Position numbers and translations under genes: made by a program. DNA of 64,000 nt from Psammoneis japonica (Eukaryota): positions 124,001 to 188,000 of the forward strand of contig QPGO01000137.1 in NCBI GenBank assembly GCA_008632985.1, given 5' to 3'. The notes below the pieces were generated by a model. The model searched no databases. It saw only the letters and a list, made by a program, of their open reading frames with translations, and was not told the origin of the DNA. Below, in pieces: positions 1-12,250 of this stretch (its first letter is position 1; the number at the start of each line of letters is the position of its first letter).

Positions 1-186
1 GCTTACAGTAATCTTTGAACCTAGTTTAGTGCGGTATGTTGAATGTTTCGAATGCTTGTCTCTAGAGCATAGTCTTGATCTTGCATCAGAGAGACGAAGG
101 GGTGCAAAATTCAGAAGCAGAAATGTGGATGCAGACCACGGCAATGCATTTCTAACAGAAACCTCAAGCTAGCTAGCTAAAAAAGC

Positions 187-1059
187 CTATTCCTTGATTT
201 GTCGGATTCTCGGGCCTTTCATTTTCTGAATCGAATTCCAGATACCGTCCAGAGCAATCTGGGTTCTTTCTTCTGCTGACTTTGCCTGTAAAAGCTGAGG
301 TCGAATTTCTCGTGCCACAGTCAGCGCTGGAGATGCATTAATGAGGGCGCCAACCCAGAATGCACACTCGGATGGCTGTTCCCACGATGGCAACGGGCCA
401 AGTTCCTTCAGCAGCTTGTCCACTTGCGCTCGAGATAGCTCTTCTTTGGCTAGTTGAACCCACATGTCCACAAGACTCTTGGATTCATCCAAATTGACAT
501 TGGGATGAGTGAATTCTCTAGCCATTTGCATGGCGCGTGTCATGCTCATGGGATCGGCTGCCGTATCGGCTGCATCTTCTGTTGCAGAGGTGAGAAATGT
601 AACTCGAGCTTCGCTCCATCCAGCCTCGTTCTCGGCGACTGTTTCGGGACGAATACGAAATCGACGAGTGGCTTTGACTGTCACCTCAACCGAATCCTTG
701 TTTTCTATAATGTGCGGTTTCCCTAGAATCTCGACAAGTACTCCCACGCCTCCCCAACCTCCGAGAATGCCAAACTGCGGTGTTTCCTCTTGCAGTCTTG
801 CTCGAACAAGAGGCAAGTCGTTAACGATAATGGTTGCTGTTTGACGCGGTAAAATGCAAAAGTCTTTCATCACGACCAACGGGAGGCTACTTTCTGCAAT
901 ACCATCTATTCTTTTCTGAAGAGACGCCATGGAAAAACCATTATTGTTCGACAGATGAATCCGAGTTTCTGGTCGTCGAAATGGTGACAACGGAGCAAAG
1001 GCAGAAACTGTATTCAGCCCGAAAATCAAAAAGCAACTGAACAAACAGTGGTAGCTCAT
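187..1059 (-). CDS. LON peptidase substrate-binding (LON-N/PUA-like) domain protein, probably plastid-targeted
   Basis: Within ORF 187..1302. The likely start is the ATG at 1059 (MSYHCLFSCFLIFGLNTVSAFAP), a signal peptide plus diatom ASAFAP-type motif. LON-N-like segments include LPLVV..ILPRQT, GVLVEI, RRFRI and RPQLLQAKSAEER. Confidence 0.7.
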   Translation of the reverse strand: MSYHCLFSCFLIFGLNTVSAFAPLSPFRRPETRIHLSNNNGFSMASLQKRIDGIAESSLPLVVMKDFCILPRQTATIIVNDLPLVRARLQEETPQFGILGGWGGVGVLVEILGKPHIIENKDSVEVTVKATRRFRIRPETVAENEAGWSEARVTFLTSATEDAADTAADPMSMTRAMQMAREFTHPNVNLDESKSLVDMWVQLAKEELSRAQVDKLLKELGPLPSWEQPSECAFWVGALINASPALTVAREIRPQLLQAKSAEERTQIALDGIWNSIQKMKGPRIRQIKE

Positions 1060-1801
1060 ACTGTAATGTGTTTTGGGTGCCGAGCCGAAGAATGAATGGA
1101 AATTCGTTGCCTCATTGGCATCGGCATGTTGGCATCCTGCTTGCTCATGTTTTTCGAATGCTTTCGTTCTTTTTCCGTTTCTGGCTGATGACGTGTCACA
1201 GAAGAAGCACCAACAGCTAAATGCCATATCCAAACAAACCCGGATGTCATACTTATGGCAAAACAAACCCGGACAATGCCTGGTGCCCGCGGCGGCGACC
1301 AAACTTTCGGATGACCAACTTTCGCGTTGCGGCAGCTCAAGGCTTTGGCATTGCAGTCGCCGTCACGTCCAATTGTTGCAAAAAGATTTGAATCTTGTAG
1401 CAGCGGTGTCTATCACGCCACGATGAGACCAATGGCGTTCTTGCGGGCTCCTTGGCAAACACAAGAAAGCCGAGCAAAACGTAGTCGTAGTAGGTTCTTC
1501 TTCGTGTCAGACGATGCATCTTTCTGATCTTCAAATTACACATCAATGCTACTGCTGTCGTTGATAAGCATCGGCTTGATGTAATCGTACAGGTAACCAT
1601 TAAGCCCAAACCATGATCCGTTAGACGGTTTGAAGAGGTAGGCATACCTTGACTTTAAACTATTCTCACCTACAGTATTTATCTTTTGGGAACACATCAA
1701 TGATATTTCCATAGGATCAATGCAACTCATAGCATGTAACATTGCATTCTTGATAGCTCTGTTCGCTGCATTTGGTACAATCGCGCATGGAACCAAACTC
1801 T

Positions 1802-4800
1802 CTACACCAAGAAATACCTGGAACCACTCCCTGTTGTCACGACTTCGCCTCCCGCCACCGTGCCTTTCGCAATCGGACTTGTTGTGACGCGCTCGCCTTC
1901 GGAGAAAGCTTCTGATCCACTGATAAAGCCAGAGATCGATCCATCCCTATTGCGTTTCCAGTTCACAATGGTTGGCACACCTTTCGGGGCCTGCATCGAC
2001 GGTTTCTTTAGCGGCGCCTTCTTTGCTGGAGGAGGAGCAGGTGAAGAGCTGTCCTTGTCATTGTTCCCACCACCCAACCCAAAGAGTGAAATCGTTACTC
2101 CGGGTCGTGCGCTTTCCACGGCCTCTTGGGCGGCTTTTGCTTCTCGCTCCTTGCGCTCCTTTGTCAGTCTGATAGTTGCTCCAGGCCTTGCGTTCATCAT
2201 GTCCTTTATTGCTGATCTCTGGTTTGATGTGTTGCCCTTGGGTGCGTCGGAACTCAAAAAGTAACGACTGCCGGATCCTGTTGTAACGACAACGCCGTCC
2301 TCGATCGCACCGGATGTAATGGGAGATGTGTCGATGCGCTCTCCTTCTTCAAAGTTTGGAGAGCCATAAACTTTACCGGTGATTCCGCCTACAAACAACG
2401 ACCAAGGAGTCAGAAAATAGACAGCGGTAGCGCAACTAAGTCATATTATGCAGCTTACCATCTCTTCGCTTGGACCAACTCACGACAGTCGGGACGCCCC
2501 GTGGTGCCCTGGCAAGCTTATTCACTTTTGGAGGTGCAGAAACAGCCTTCTTTTTAGGTGCAGAAACAGCCTTCTTTTTAGCCGCTGCAGCAGCAGCAGC
2601 TCTGGCTTCCATTTCTTGCCGTTTCCGTGCGGCGGCTGCCTCTCGGGCTTCAATGGCTTCCTTTCTCTTGGCTTCTGCAGCCGCCTTCCGCTCCGCTGCA
2701 GCCCGTTGTCTTGCTTCAGCTGCCGCTGCTTTCTTTGCAGCAGCTTCAGCTTGAGCGGCGGCCCTTTTCTCCGCTGCTAATTTCTGAGCAGCGGCCCTAG
2801 CACTGGCAGCTTTGTCGACTGTCGACGGAGAAGGAGCTGGAGTTGCTCCTCCTCCGCCGCCGCTGCCAAACCCACCAAACAAACCACCCCCTTTTTTCTT
2901 CTCGGCTTGAGGCTCAAGATAATATCTACAAGAGATAATAGGGAACTGAATTAGAAAAGCGAGGAGGAGTGAATCCAAAGACACCACAGAGCAACTTACT
3001 TTGAACCGGAAAGTGTCTGAACAACCATACCCCCTGATGCATCGCCACGAATAGTGGAAGTCGTCACCGACTCCCCTTCTCTAAAGTTAGGAGATCCAGA
3101 AATTTTCCCTGAAATAGAGCCATCTTTATTTTGTGTCCAGGCCGAAATTGTAGGCACACCACGAGGGGCGGCAGATTTTTGCGGAGTAGCAGGCTTCGGA
3201 GGGGTGTCAACTTGGTCCTCGGACCGTCCGAAATTGAAAAGAGATATTGTGGCACCGGGTTTCGCACTCTCTACGACCTGCGCCGCTTTCTTTGCCTTTG
3301 CTGCGGCTGCTTTCTGTGAAGCTGCCTCCTGACGCCTTGCTTCTGCGGCCGCTGCTGCCGCTTCTTTCTTTTGTTGAGCTTCGACACGACGAGCTTCTGC
3401 AGCTGCCGCAGCGGCAGCTTTTTTCTCCTCCGCTTCTCTCCTTTTAGCTTCGGCAATCTCGGCACGTTTTGCTGCCGCTGCTGCTTTCTGTTCTTCCGCA
3501 TCCCGTCGCTTGGCTTCGGCAATCTCGGCACGTTTTGCTGCCGCAGCCGCCTTCTGTTCTTCTGCTTCCCGTCGTTTCGCTTCGGCAATCTCGGCACGTT
3601 TCGCTGCCGCTGCGGCTTTCTGTTCTTCTGCCTCCCGTCGCTTGGCTTCGGCAATCTCGGCACGTTGGGCTGCCGCAGCTGCTTTCTGCTCTGCTGCTTC
3701 TCGTCGCTTGGCTTCTGCTGCCGCCTTTCTCGCCTCCGCTTCCTGGCGCCTAGCCTCGGCAATTGCCGCTCGTTGTTCTTCGGCCTCCCGTTTCTTGGCC
3801 TCTGCCGCTGCTTTTCTCTCTTCAGCCAGTCGCTTCGCCTCTTCCGCCTTTTGCGCTGCTACAGTGGCGGCATCGTCCTTGGTAGGGGCTGGAGGAGGCG
3901 CCGGAGCTCCGCCGCCAAATACACCAAAGATACCACCGCCGCTAGCGGCAGCCTCCTCCTGAGGATCCAGATAATACCTAAATGACAGACCAATGAGATA
4001 CGACAAGGCCAGCAGAGAACATTGAAAACAAGCGCTGTTTCTCGATAACTTACTTGGAACCAGAAGAAGTTTGAACAACGGCCCCTCCTGTAGCTTCTCC
4101 TCCAATCGGAGACGTTGTAACTTGTTCTCCTTCGTTAAAGCTAGGAGACCCAAATACTTTTCCGGATATAGACCCATCTCGATTTTGCTTCCATTGAGAG
4201 ATTGTCGGAACTCCCCGTGGAGCCGCTGCAACCTTTTTAGGGGGTGGCGCTTTTACGCCGGAATCTTCAGTCGCCGCTATCTTGGCTCCACCTCCCAGCC
4301 CAAAGAGAGGAATACTTGCTCCTGGTTTGGCGCTCTCAACTCTGGCTTGAGCAGCTGCTGCCGCGGCTTGACGTTGTTCTTCTGCCTTCTTTCGTTTGGC
4401 TTCAGCAGCAGCTTGCATTTCCGCCATTTTGGCAGCCCGTTCTTCCTCCCTCTGCCGCTTCAATTCTGCAGCTGCCTGGGCAGCTTCCTTTTTCTTTCTG
4501 GCTGCTTCTTTACGAGCTTCATTTTGTTGACGAGCTTGTTCTTGTTTCTTTTCTTCTGCTTCGCGTTTCTTCTCTTGTGCGAGTGCGGTAGCTCGTGCTT
4601 GCGCTTCTTCTCTTGCCCTCAACTTCTCCTCCATTTGCTTCTTCTTTGCAGCTTGAGCTTCTTCTCTCGCTTTCTGTTGCTCTTGCTGGCGTTGTTTGAT
4701 ATCTGCTGCTGCTGCTTTGGCTTTTTCGGCAGCAGCACCTGCTTTTTTCTTGTCTTCTCCTTCTTGTTGTTGCTTCTTTTGCTCTGACGCCTGCTTCTTG

Positions 4801-6380
4801 GCTCGATCGACAGCCGCCTTGGCTTTGGCTTGGAAAAATCCTTCCGTGGCAGATTCGCTCTTGGTATCCTCCTCTTGTTTAGTGCCTCGTTCCGCTTTGA
4901 CATCCTTTACAAACTGTTGCAAGGCAACTTCACTAAACACAAACTTGTCTTCCTTTTCCTTCTTGGGAGGAGGTACCGCTGGTGTTTTTGGTGCTTGTGG
5001 AGTAGTACTACTCGTTTTGATCTCGGGTATCTTTGGTAACTCAATCTTGGGTATTCCCAACTTGGGTGGTTCCGGAGCTTTTTTCGGAGGAGTTGGTGGT
5101 GGTGGTTTCGGTTCTGCCTTGAGTGGAGGTTCCGATGATATCTTTGGAAGTTCAATCTTGGGTAGACTTAGTTTGGGTGTCTCTACTGGTTTCTTTGGAG
5201 GTGGTGGTACCTTTGGAGGTTGGGCAGCCTTTTTCGGGGCTTCTACTTTGGGCAAATCAATCTTTGGAATCTTGAGCTGTGGTACCTCGGGCGGTGGCTT
5301 GGGAGGTGCCTTGGGAGGAACCTTTGGAGGCGCTTTCGGAGGCACCTTGGGAGTCAGTTCGGGAGGCGCTTCAAGAGGAGGCTTTGGCGTCGTGGTGGTG
5401 GTCTTGGCCGTAGTAGTAGTATCTAACGGAACAATATCCGCCACAGAGGCCTCGAGTTCCTTGATTGCTTTGGAAGGCAATGCTTGTATATCTTCGACTG
5501 CTTTGTTGATGGACTCTTTGGTTTCATCCACCTTTTGCTCAACGGCTCGCTTTGTAGACTCTGCCACCTTTGCGGGTGCCGCCTTGACTTCTTCCACGGC
5601 ATCTTCAATGGCATCTTCCACCGCATCGGCAACCTTGGATGGGATCTGCTTAATTTCTTGAGCCGTTTCCTCTGCTTTTTGCTTGGCAGCATCCGTAACT
5701 TTTTGGGGTATGGCCTTGACATCTTGTACGGTTTCATCCACCTTGGTTTGTACCGCCTTTTGAATACGTCCCGGAATTGCCGTAATCTCGGCAACGACCT
5801 TATTCACTGCGCTTGTGGCTGCATTCTTTCCAAAGTCAAAGACGGCTCGAGCGGCTCTTCCGATTGTATTACGAAAGAGTGATGACGTTTTTGGATTCGT
5901 GGCACCCGCATACGCTCCAGCACCAAGTGCAGCACCGAGAACAACAGGTGGAACGGCGGGTGGTACACCAGCATCACCCAATTCCAAGCCTACACCAACA
6001 CCCAAGGCAGCTCCAATGGCTGCTCCTCCCGCAATCGTGGCAATGACTTGTTCATCCAAGCCATCACTAGAGGGAGGAGGAGTAGATGGTGTTTCAGCAG
6101 CTTCAAGAGCTTCCTCTGCCTCTCGAAGTGCTTCCTCTGCTTCTGCCGTCACGTCATCAATGTTGATAACATCGCGCTTCTTTTCATCATCGTTGTTGTC
6201 GCCTCCAAAGGGGTTCTTGATCATTTCAAGTTTTTGTTTACCAATACTAGTATCATGATGTGTCGTCGGACGAGTTGTCAAGGTTGGCAACGCATTCGGC
6301 AAAATGGATTTAGATGGTAAGAACGCATTCGTTGTAGCCAAAAGGTTGGCCGATGCCAATAAGGACAAGCACCACCTCAT
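1802..6380 (-). CDS. Large (~1452 aa) plastid-targeted Ala/Lys/Glu coiled-coil protein with four copies of a ~60-aa 'RGVPTI.W..N.DGSISG..GSP.F.EGE.VTTSPI...GSKYYL' domain; exons 6380-4054, 3977-3000, 2925-2459, 2388-1802
   Basis: Four collinear ORFs joined in frame by GT-AG introns 3978-4053, 2926-2999 and 2389-2458 (4359 nt total, divisible by 3). The N-terminus MRWCLSLLASANLLATTNAF is a bipartite presequence. Confidence 0.8.
3415..3720 (-). repeat. Coding tandem repeat, 63-bp / 21-aa unit (AAAAKRAEIAEAKRREAEEQK) x ~4
   Basis: Visible in the translation of ORF 2996..4231 and as repeated 'ttcggcaatctcggcacgtt' in the DNA. Confidence 0.85.
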
Positions 6381-7054
6381 GGTGAACGGAATGATGTGTT
6401 GTTTTTGATTTCACTCTTTAGAGCTCGGTACTTTAGCGCTCTCTCGACAGCTCGTTTCCAACGTAACAAATAATACACACGCAAGCAAACAGAGATCTTA
6501 TGTTGTAGGTCTACAGAGATCTATTACGGTAAAGCTATTGTCTGCTTCCAACAAAGAGGGGTTGGGATCGCATTGACAAGAGAGTTGGGAGAGCAGAAAG
6601 ATCTGTGATGTCACTCAAACCATCATGAGTGTCGTCGTAGCAACTGGTACAAGCTCTACGTAAAGATCTGCGTTCAACCAGCCGCACACCCTCGCCTCGA
6701 AGTTTGGGCCGGCGCGGTTGTGCGTTTGTTTGTCTGTGCCTGTCATTGTTGCTGCTGTTGTTTTGTCTGTGCTCTTTGCTGATTCCAGTCTGCTGCACTC
6801 ACCTGCGAAGGTTTATCTCTGTTACCAATGAGGAGTCGTCTCTCTCTCTACGGTACTCTCTCTAGCTAGAGTGGCAGCTCTCTACAGGTTCAGTGAAGAA
6901 TACTCGTTGCCTGATGACCTAAAATGGAAATAGGTGTGGAAGGAATGCTAGAGTGCTGCCTTATTGTAGCTAGAGGCCAAAGCTACAAACCAAAAACATC
7001 TATACTTTTCAAAAAGCAAGAACTTCAAGCTACAACACTAGTACTACTAACGCT

Positions 7055-7730
7055 TTATTTGCGACGACCCGTCGAGCACGTGTGCTGTCCTCGAACACGA
7101 ATCCCCCACCAGTGACGAAGACCACGATGAGCTCGAATTTTCTTCATGCGTTCAATATCATCACGCAATTTCGCGTCAAAGTTTTGTGCAAACACTTGCG
7201 TGTACTTGCCCGTTTTGAAATCCTTTTGACGATTCAAAAACCACAGCGGAATTTTGAATTGACGCGGATTCTGAATAATGGCCACCAATTTTTCAATCTC
7301 GTCCGCCGTCAATTCACCCGCGCGTTTGTTGACATCAATTTCGGCTTTTTTGCAAATCAAATCGGCAAAACGACGGCCGAGGCCCTTGATTTTCGTCAAG
7401 GCAAACACCACATTACGCTTCCCCTCCACGTTGGTGTTGAGAATACGCAAAATGTGCTGAAACTCGGGGCCTTGCATCAAACTGTCTGCCCTGTAGTAAT
7501 AGTGAGAATAGCAAATTATTTGGTGAATAAAAAGACCCGGATGAAAAATGAAGTGAAGACAGACGACGCAAGGACGGGCGTTCGCTCGATCCATCGATAG
7601 CGACAACGCCATGATGAAGACGACGACGCATCCGTCAATCCATTTCTTGTCCTCTCGAACGCATTCCTCACGACGCAGCTGGAATAATCACAATGCCTGC
7701 ATTTTTTCCCTTTGTTTGCGATACGTACAT
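7055..7730 (-). CDS. RPS18: 40S ribosomal protein S18 (uS13); exons 7730-7729 and 7490-7055
   Basis: [16 protein letters not shown]...KRAGEL...[11 protein letters not shown]...HRGLRH.WG.RVRGQHT is classic uS13. Intron 7491-7728 (GTACGT...TACAG) splits the start codon AT|G. Confidence 0.93.
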
Positions 7731-8615
7731 GGTGTCCTTTTTTCGTTTCTCGTCAACACACACAAGAGACAGGGTTGTTGTGTGAGATGGTGAGTGTGTG
7801 TGCGGTGTGAGGAGTGGGGTGAGCTTCTACGTTGGTTCTGGTATTAGTTCTACGTGACTTTTTTACTTTCTACCGTTTTACTTGGGATATGAGCTGCTTA
7901 TTTAGTTGGACAAACAGACAGACTTCTTGCAACAGCATAAACACCTAATTTTTTGTTGACCCGAAGAATGCCCGTTCCCACTCTTGTTCCATCCAATGGA
8001 GAGACGCAACGTGCCATGGGAGCACAAGACACCATCAGAGTGGGGCACTGCAACCATGATGTTTGGACTTTTTCAACATCAGCCAGCTGCTCACCCTCTG
8101 CGAGCAGTGCAACCTCTCATTGCAGTGTGGTGACAAAACAGCCTCTCATTGCAGTGTGGTGGTGTGTCAAGCAATGCTTTGCAAGGGAAGAAATGACTGG
8201 CATCGATGCCTTGTGGCTTGCATGCTTGTTGTCATTTCTTGCAATTTTCTGTCATTTTAGAGAATTTGCCACAAAGGCTCCAGTGCAAATTCTGCATGAC
8301 TCAGCAACAAATGCTGGCGACCTCCTCCTTCTTGTCAAATCACAAAACTGCTTCCATCCACACCACCCCGCCAGCAGCCCTCCTCAACAATCTTCCTTTC
8401 TCCCATTGTCCAATCAAGTGCTTCACTCTGTGGGATGGTGAGAGCACTGCCTCTGTTGCAGCACATGTGCACATGAGTGAGTTGCCATCCTCTGGCGGCA
8501 TTGTTGATTTTGATTGCCACTCATTTGCTGCATGAGCCAGCATTTCTGCACAAGCTCCGGCGCTGTTTCTGCGTGGGGTGCAATGAATGATTTTTCCAAT
8601 GTGCCAACCAGTCTT

Positions 8616-10476
8616 TCTTGGAACATCAGGGTTGGAGGCAGTTTTCACAGGACAGAGAGAGACAAAGTTGTGGTGGAAAGATGTGCCAATGAGGCTGTGA
8701 ACAACACGTGATGAGTTTGTGCTCGCAACTTGGTTTGCCTTGAGCTGCAGGTCTTGTGCTCACTTTTTAGCTTCTGCACCTGGTCAACATGGCAGCAGCA
8801 GTTGGTGGCAACAGCAATGCATTTGCAAGCCACACGGTGAGTTGGAAGTTGGTGAGACCAAATGTGCACCAGTCAGCAAGCAGCAAAACTCCAACACAGA
8901 AGCCAAAAAGGTTCAGCACGACACACTCAAAGAACTGGTGTCATGTGTCAGAAGGCTGGTGGGAAGTTGAGAGGAATCCAAAAACAAGGGCTGGGAAGGA
9001 AAGTCAACAGGAATCCAAAGGTGTGTCTCATGTCAGCAGATCAATCTCTGGAGGGCCTTGCTGCCCAAGAAGCTGTCAAGGGTCTGCTGAAGAAGAAGGG
9101 CATGTCAAGGTTGTGTCGGGGTCAGAGAGACAGAGTGCACAGCTGTCAGCAAGTGATGGAACTCAAACACAAGTCCCGGAAAAAATGGGCAAGGACACAG
9201 CTGAGTGCAGGAGCATGAAAGATTCAAGTGAGGGCAGGTTTGTGACACCATTGCCAATTTGGGGGGGGGGGGGCAGCAGGCAGATGGTTCTTGCACAGAA
9301 ATCACAAGGAAGATCAGCAAGCATGTGCATGTCAGAAGAGTGTTTGGGCCAGAGGTGCAGGCGCGCTGGTGTTGCTGAGGCAAGAGAGCAACCCAAAAGA
9401 GCTGGTGCATCCATTGGGAGTCACCATGTTGGAGAAGGACAAGGCAATCTGGGGCAAGGAATGGAGCGTGATCTCTGCAAGACATGGAAGGTGAGGGCAT
9501 TTGATGTTGTTGTGGGGCAATGTGCAAAGGATGTTCATCACAAGCTTGAAGGAGTGATGGAGTTTGCAAGAGCTGCAAAGGAGCGGGACATGGCAGCACT
9601 GCTGGACACTCTCAAGTTGATCTTGTTCAATGCAAGTCTGAAGTTGAGCCCACCACATGTCCAGGTGATCAAAGCTTGGCAGCAGCAGGTGCTCATTCAT
9701 CAAGATGAAGAAGAGGCACTTCAAGATTGCCAAAATTGGCTCATGAGTGTGGCTCACAAGTGACGGAAACATCTTGTGGCCGGGTCATCAGGAAAAAATG
9801 CCAAGAAAGAAAATGGGTTCAGCAAGGATGCTGATGACACCCGGAATGAAGAAAGGAACAAGCGTGCCAAGGAACATTGGCATCATGTCCTGAAAGACCA
9901 GCATTGGCAGTTTTCACTGGGGTTTGAAATTTGTCCCAATCAAGCCAAGGAGGCACTGCAGGTGTTGGGCACCTGAAGGGCCAACAAGAACCTGATGGAC
10001 AAGCTTTGTGCAGAGCAAGAAGAGCCAGGTTAGATGCTGGAAATGTGACACAAGGTTGAGCATGTGAGAAAGGACTGTCATGACAGGGATGCATCGTTCA
10101 TTGGCACAGTTGAGCAACATGGAGCATGGGAGTCAATGGAGCAGTTGGCATGGTGTTGGGTGGCACAGATTCCAACTGTCATCCTCCTGTGCTTGACTCA
10201 CATGTGGTCAACCAGTTGACACTTCTTGTGTGAAGGAGTGTGTTGGAACATTTGGATCAAAGGTGGTTTTCACAAGAGGACAGACAGACAAAGTTGCAGA
10301 GTTTGCAACTCAGCTTGAGTTGTGGGTCTCATGTGCTCACTTTTTGGCTTCTGCACCCAGTTGACATGGAAAGAACAGCAGTTGACAGCAACAGTGGTGT
10401 GTTTGTGAGCCGTGCAGGGAGTTGGGAGTTGGGGAGACCAAATGTGCACCAGCCAGCAAGCTGCAAAACTCCAACA
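8616..10476 (+). mobile_element. Non-autonomous (gag-only) Copia-like LTR element, decayed; LTRs ~8616-8896 and 10241-10476
   Basis: Direct repeats both ending CTCCAACA. The 3' LTR starts TGTTGGA after a purine tract (tgaaggag). 5-bp TSD GTCTT at 8611-8615 and 10477-10481. Gag-like remnant RAFDVVVGQCAKDVHHKLEG...DMAALLDTLK. Confidence 0.75.
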
Positions 10477-11864
10477 GTCTTGCCTTCAAGGCTCCTTGTT
10501 GCACACATCCAAGTCCTGGCCAGGCAATCTCTTTCTTCTGTCTGTCAGCTTGTCAAGGTTGCTGTTTTGAGTGACAAACTTCCTGCCACTCTTGTTGCAG
10601 CTCTCCTTGGTGCAAAAGATGAGCAACCTTTTGACCCTGGTTGGTGCTTGTTTTGGAAGCAAATTCCAGTGCAGTTTGTGGTTTCTTTTGAAGCTCTTCC
10701 TGAATGTGACTGTCCTTTGCTGTCATGGTGTGCTGGCCTCTGTGTGGTTGCTGCCAGAGCAAATGCAACAAACTCTTTCAAGTGTTGTCTCCTCTCTGCA
10801 CCAGCTGTTTCAGCGAGGCATCACCATCTGGTGACATCTTTCCTGGCCCATCTCCTGCAACCCCTTCTGCCACACCAGTTGGTCCACTGGAAGTGTGAGT
10901 TGACCGGCACCAGTGTTGCTGGGCAAAGGTGGTGCACCATTGGTTTTTTTTCATCATGTTTGATGGGTGCCCATCATGCAGCAAAAAATTCTGGCTCAAA
11001 AATGAAGTGCAGTCAGCTGAAAAGGACAGGCACAATGGCAGGAGAAGTGAGTTGGGTGGCCGCTGCAAACCAGCAACCATGGATGTCTTGCCACTCTCTT
11101 CAAAAAAGGATGCTTTTGTCGTGTGCAACATGCAACCTGACATGCTGCTGCAGCCACATTTCAGCAAAGTGCCCATGTCCATCAAGGGAAGAGAGTGGCA
11201 TGATGAAAAGGAAAAGGTGCACAGCCTTGCATTTCATGTCATGCCCCCAACCCCCAATGTGGTTGCTTGATGAGCATGGCAGTGTTCTTGTTGAAAAACA
11301 ACTCACAACAGAGGACACCTGGGGCAAAGAGGTGAGTGGTCCTTTCTTTTTGAAAGATGGTGATGAGAATGGTGACCATGCCACAGAATGCTTCTCTCTG
11401 CCCTGTTGGAATGCCGAGCTGCAGCAGTCTCAAAGCAATCACCAGATGTTGGAAAAACACCCATTGCACACATTGTTCAATGGCATGCTTTGAGTCGCTG
11501 CCTTGTTTGAAGTGGTCAAAAGTGCCGCTTAAAAATTGACAGTCTTTTTTCTTGAGGCAGCAGCTGAGCAGGGATGCAGCAAGCTCTGCGACAGTCATGA
11601 CACCTGCTTGATGCTTGTCAACTCAGTCCAACTCATGGAGTTTGCTCAATCTTTTGCCAGGAACTCAAGTTGCAGCTCAACATCATGAGCAGCTGGTTGG
11701 CACTTGAAGAAATGCCAAGCAGCCCTCATGGCCATTGTGTCAAGAGAGCCATTGTGCAGGCCAAACTCTGTGCTTGGATGCAAGCAGATGCTTCAATGTT
11801 AAAACCACAGCCTCAGATCTTTTCTGCCAATTTGATGATGTCAACAACAAGGTCTGGCCAGCCA

Positions 11865-12250
11865 GTGTTTCCCAAATGTGCACTTTGGTTGACCAAAATG
11901 GGCACTTTGGTTGGCGCAAATTTGGTTGAGACAAATTGATGCTCATCACCAAAATGACTTTGTTTCCCAAAAACATCATTTTGGTCAGGGAAATTTGGTG
12001 TGCTTTGGAGGGAATCTTCCATTGGAAAGCAAGCATGTTGAGTCCAACACATTGTGCAAACTTTGCAGAAGCTGCATCAGCACTGTTTTTGTGTGGAAAT
12101 GTGCACAAAAATGAATTTGGTTGACACTTCACAGGTGTTAATTTGGCCAACCAAATTGGTTGGGTCAGTCTGCAAATTGGCCAACCAAAACATTTTGGAT
12201 CAACCAAAATGGCAAATTGGTCCAACCAAAATGCACACTCAGGAAAAAGC
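11865..12250. mobile_element. Decayed MITE with ~60-bp degenerate terminal inverted repeats and multiple TTGGTTG/CAACCAA subterminal motifs
   Basis: The left end ttcccaaatgtgcactttggttgaccaaaatgggcactttggttg resembles the reverse complement of the right end caaccaaaatggcaaattggtccaaccaaaatgcacactcaggaa. Confidence 0.5.

Noticed and set aside
1060..1302. N-terminal extension of the LON-N ORF
   Set aside because: It starts at a non-ATG codon, and the signal peptide begins at the ATG at 1059.
4071..6258. Plus-strand ORFs opposite the large plastid protein
   Set aside because: They are antisense shadows of low-complexity coding sequence.
7491..7728. Intronic C/D snoRNA in RPS18
   Set aside because: The ATGATGA is on the non-transcribed strand, and there is no C/D pair on the sense strand.
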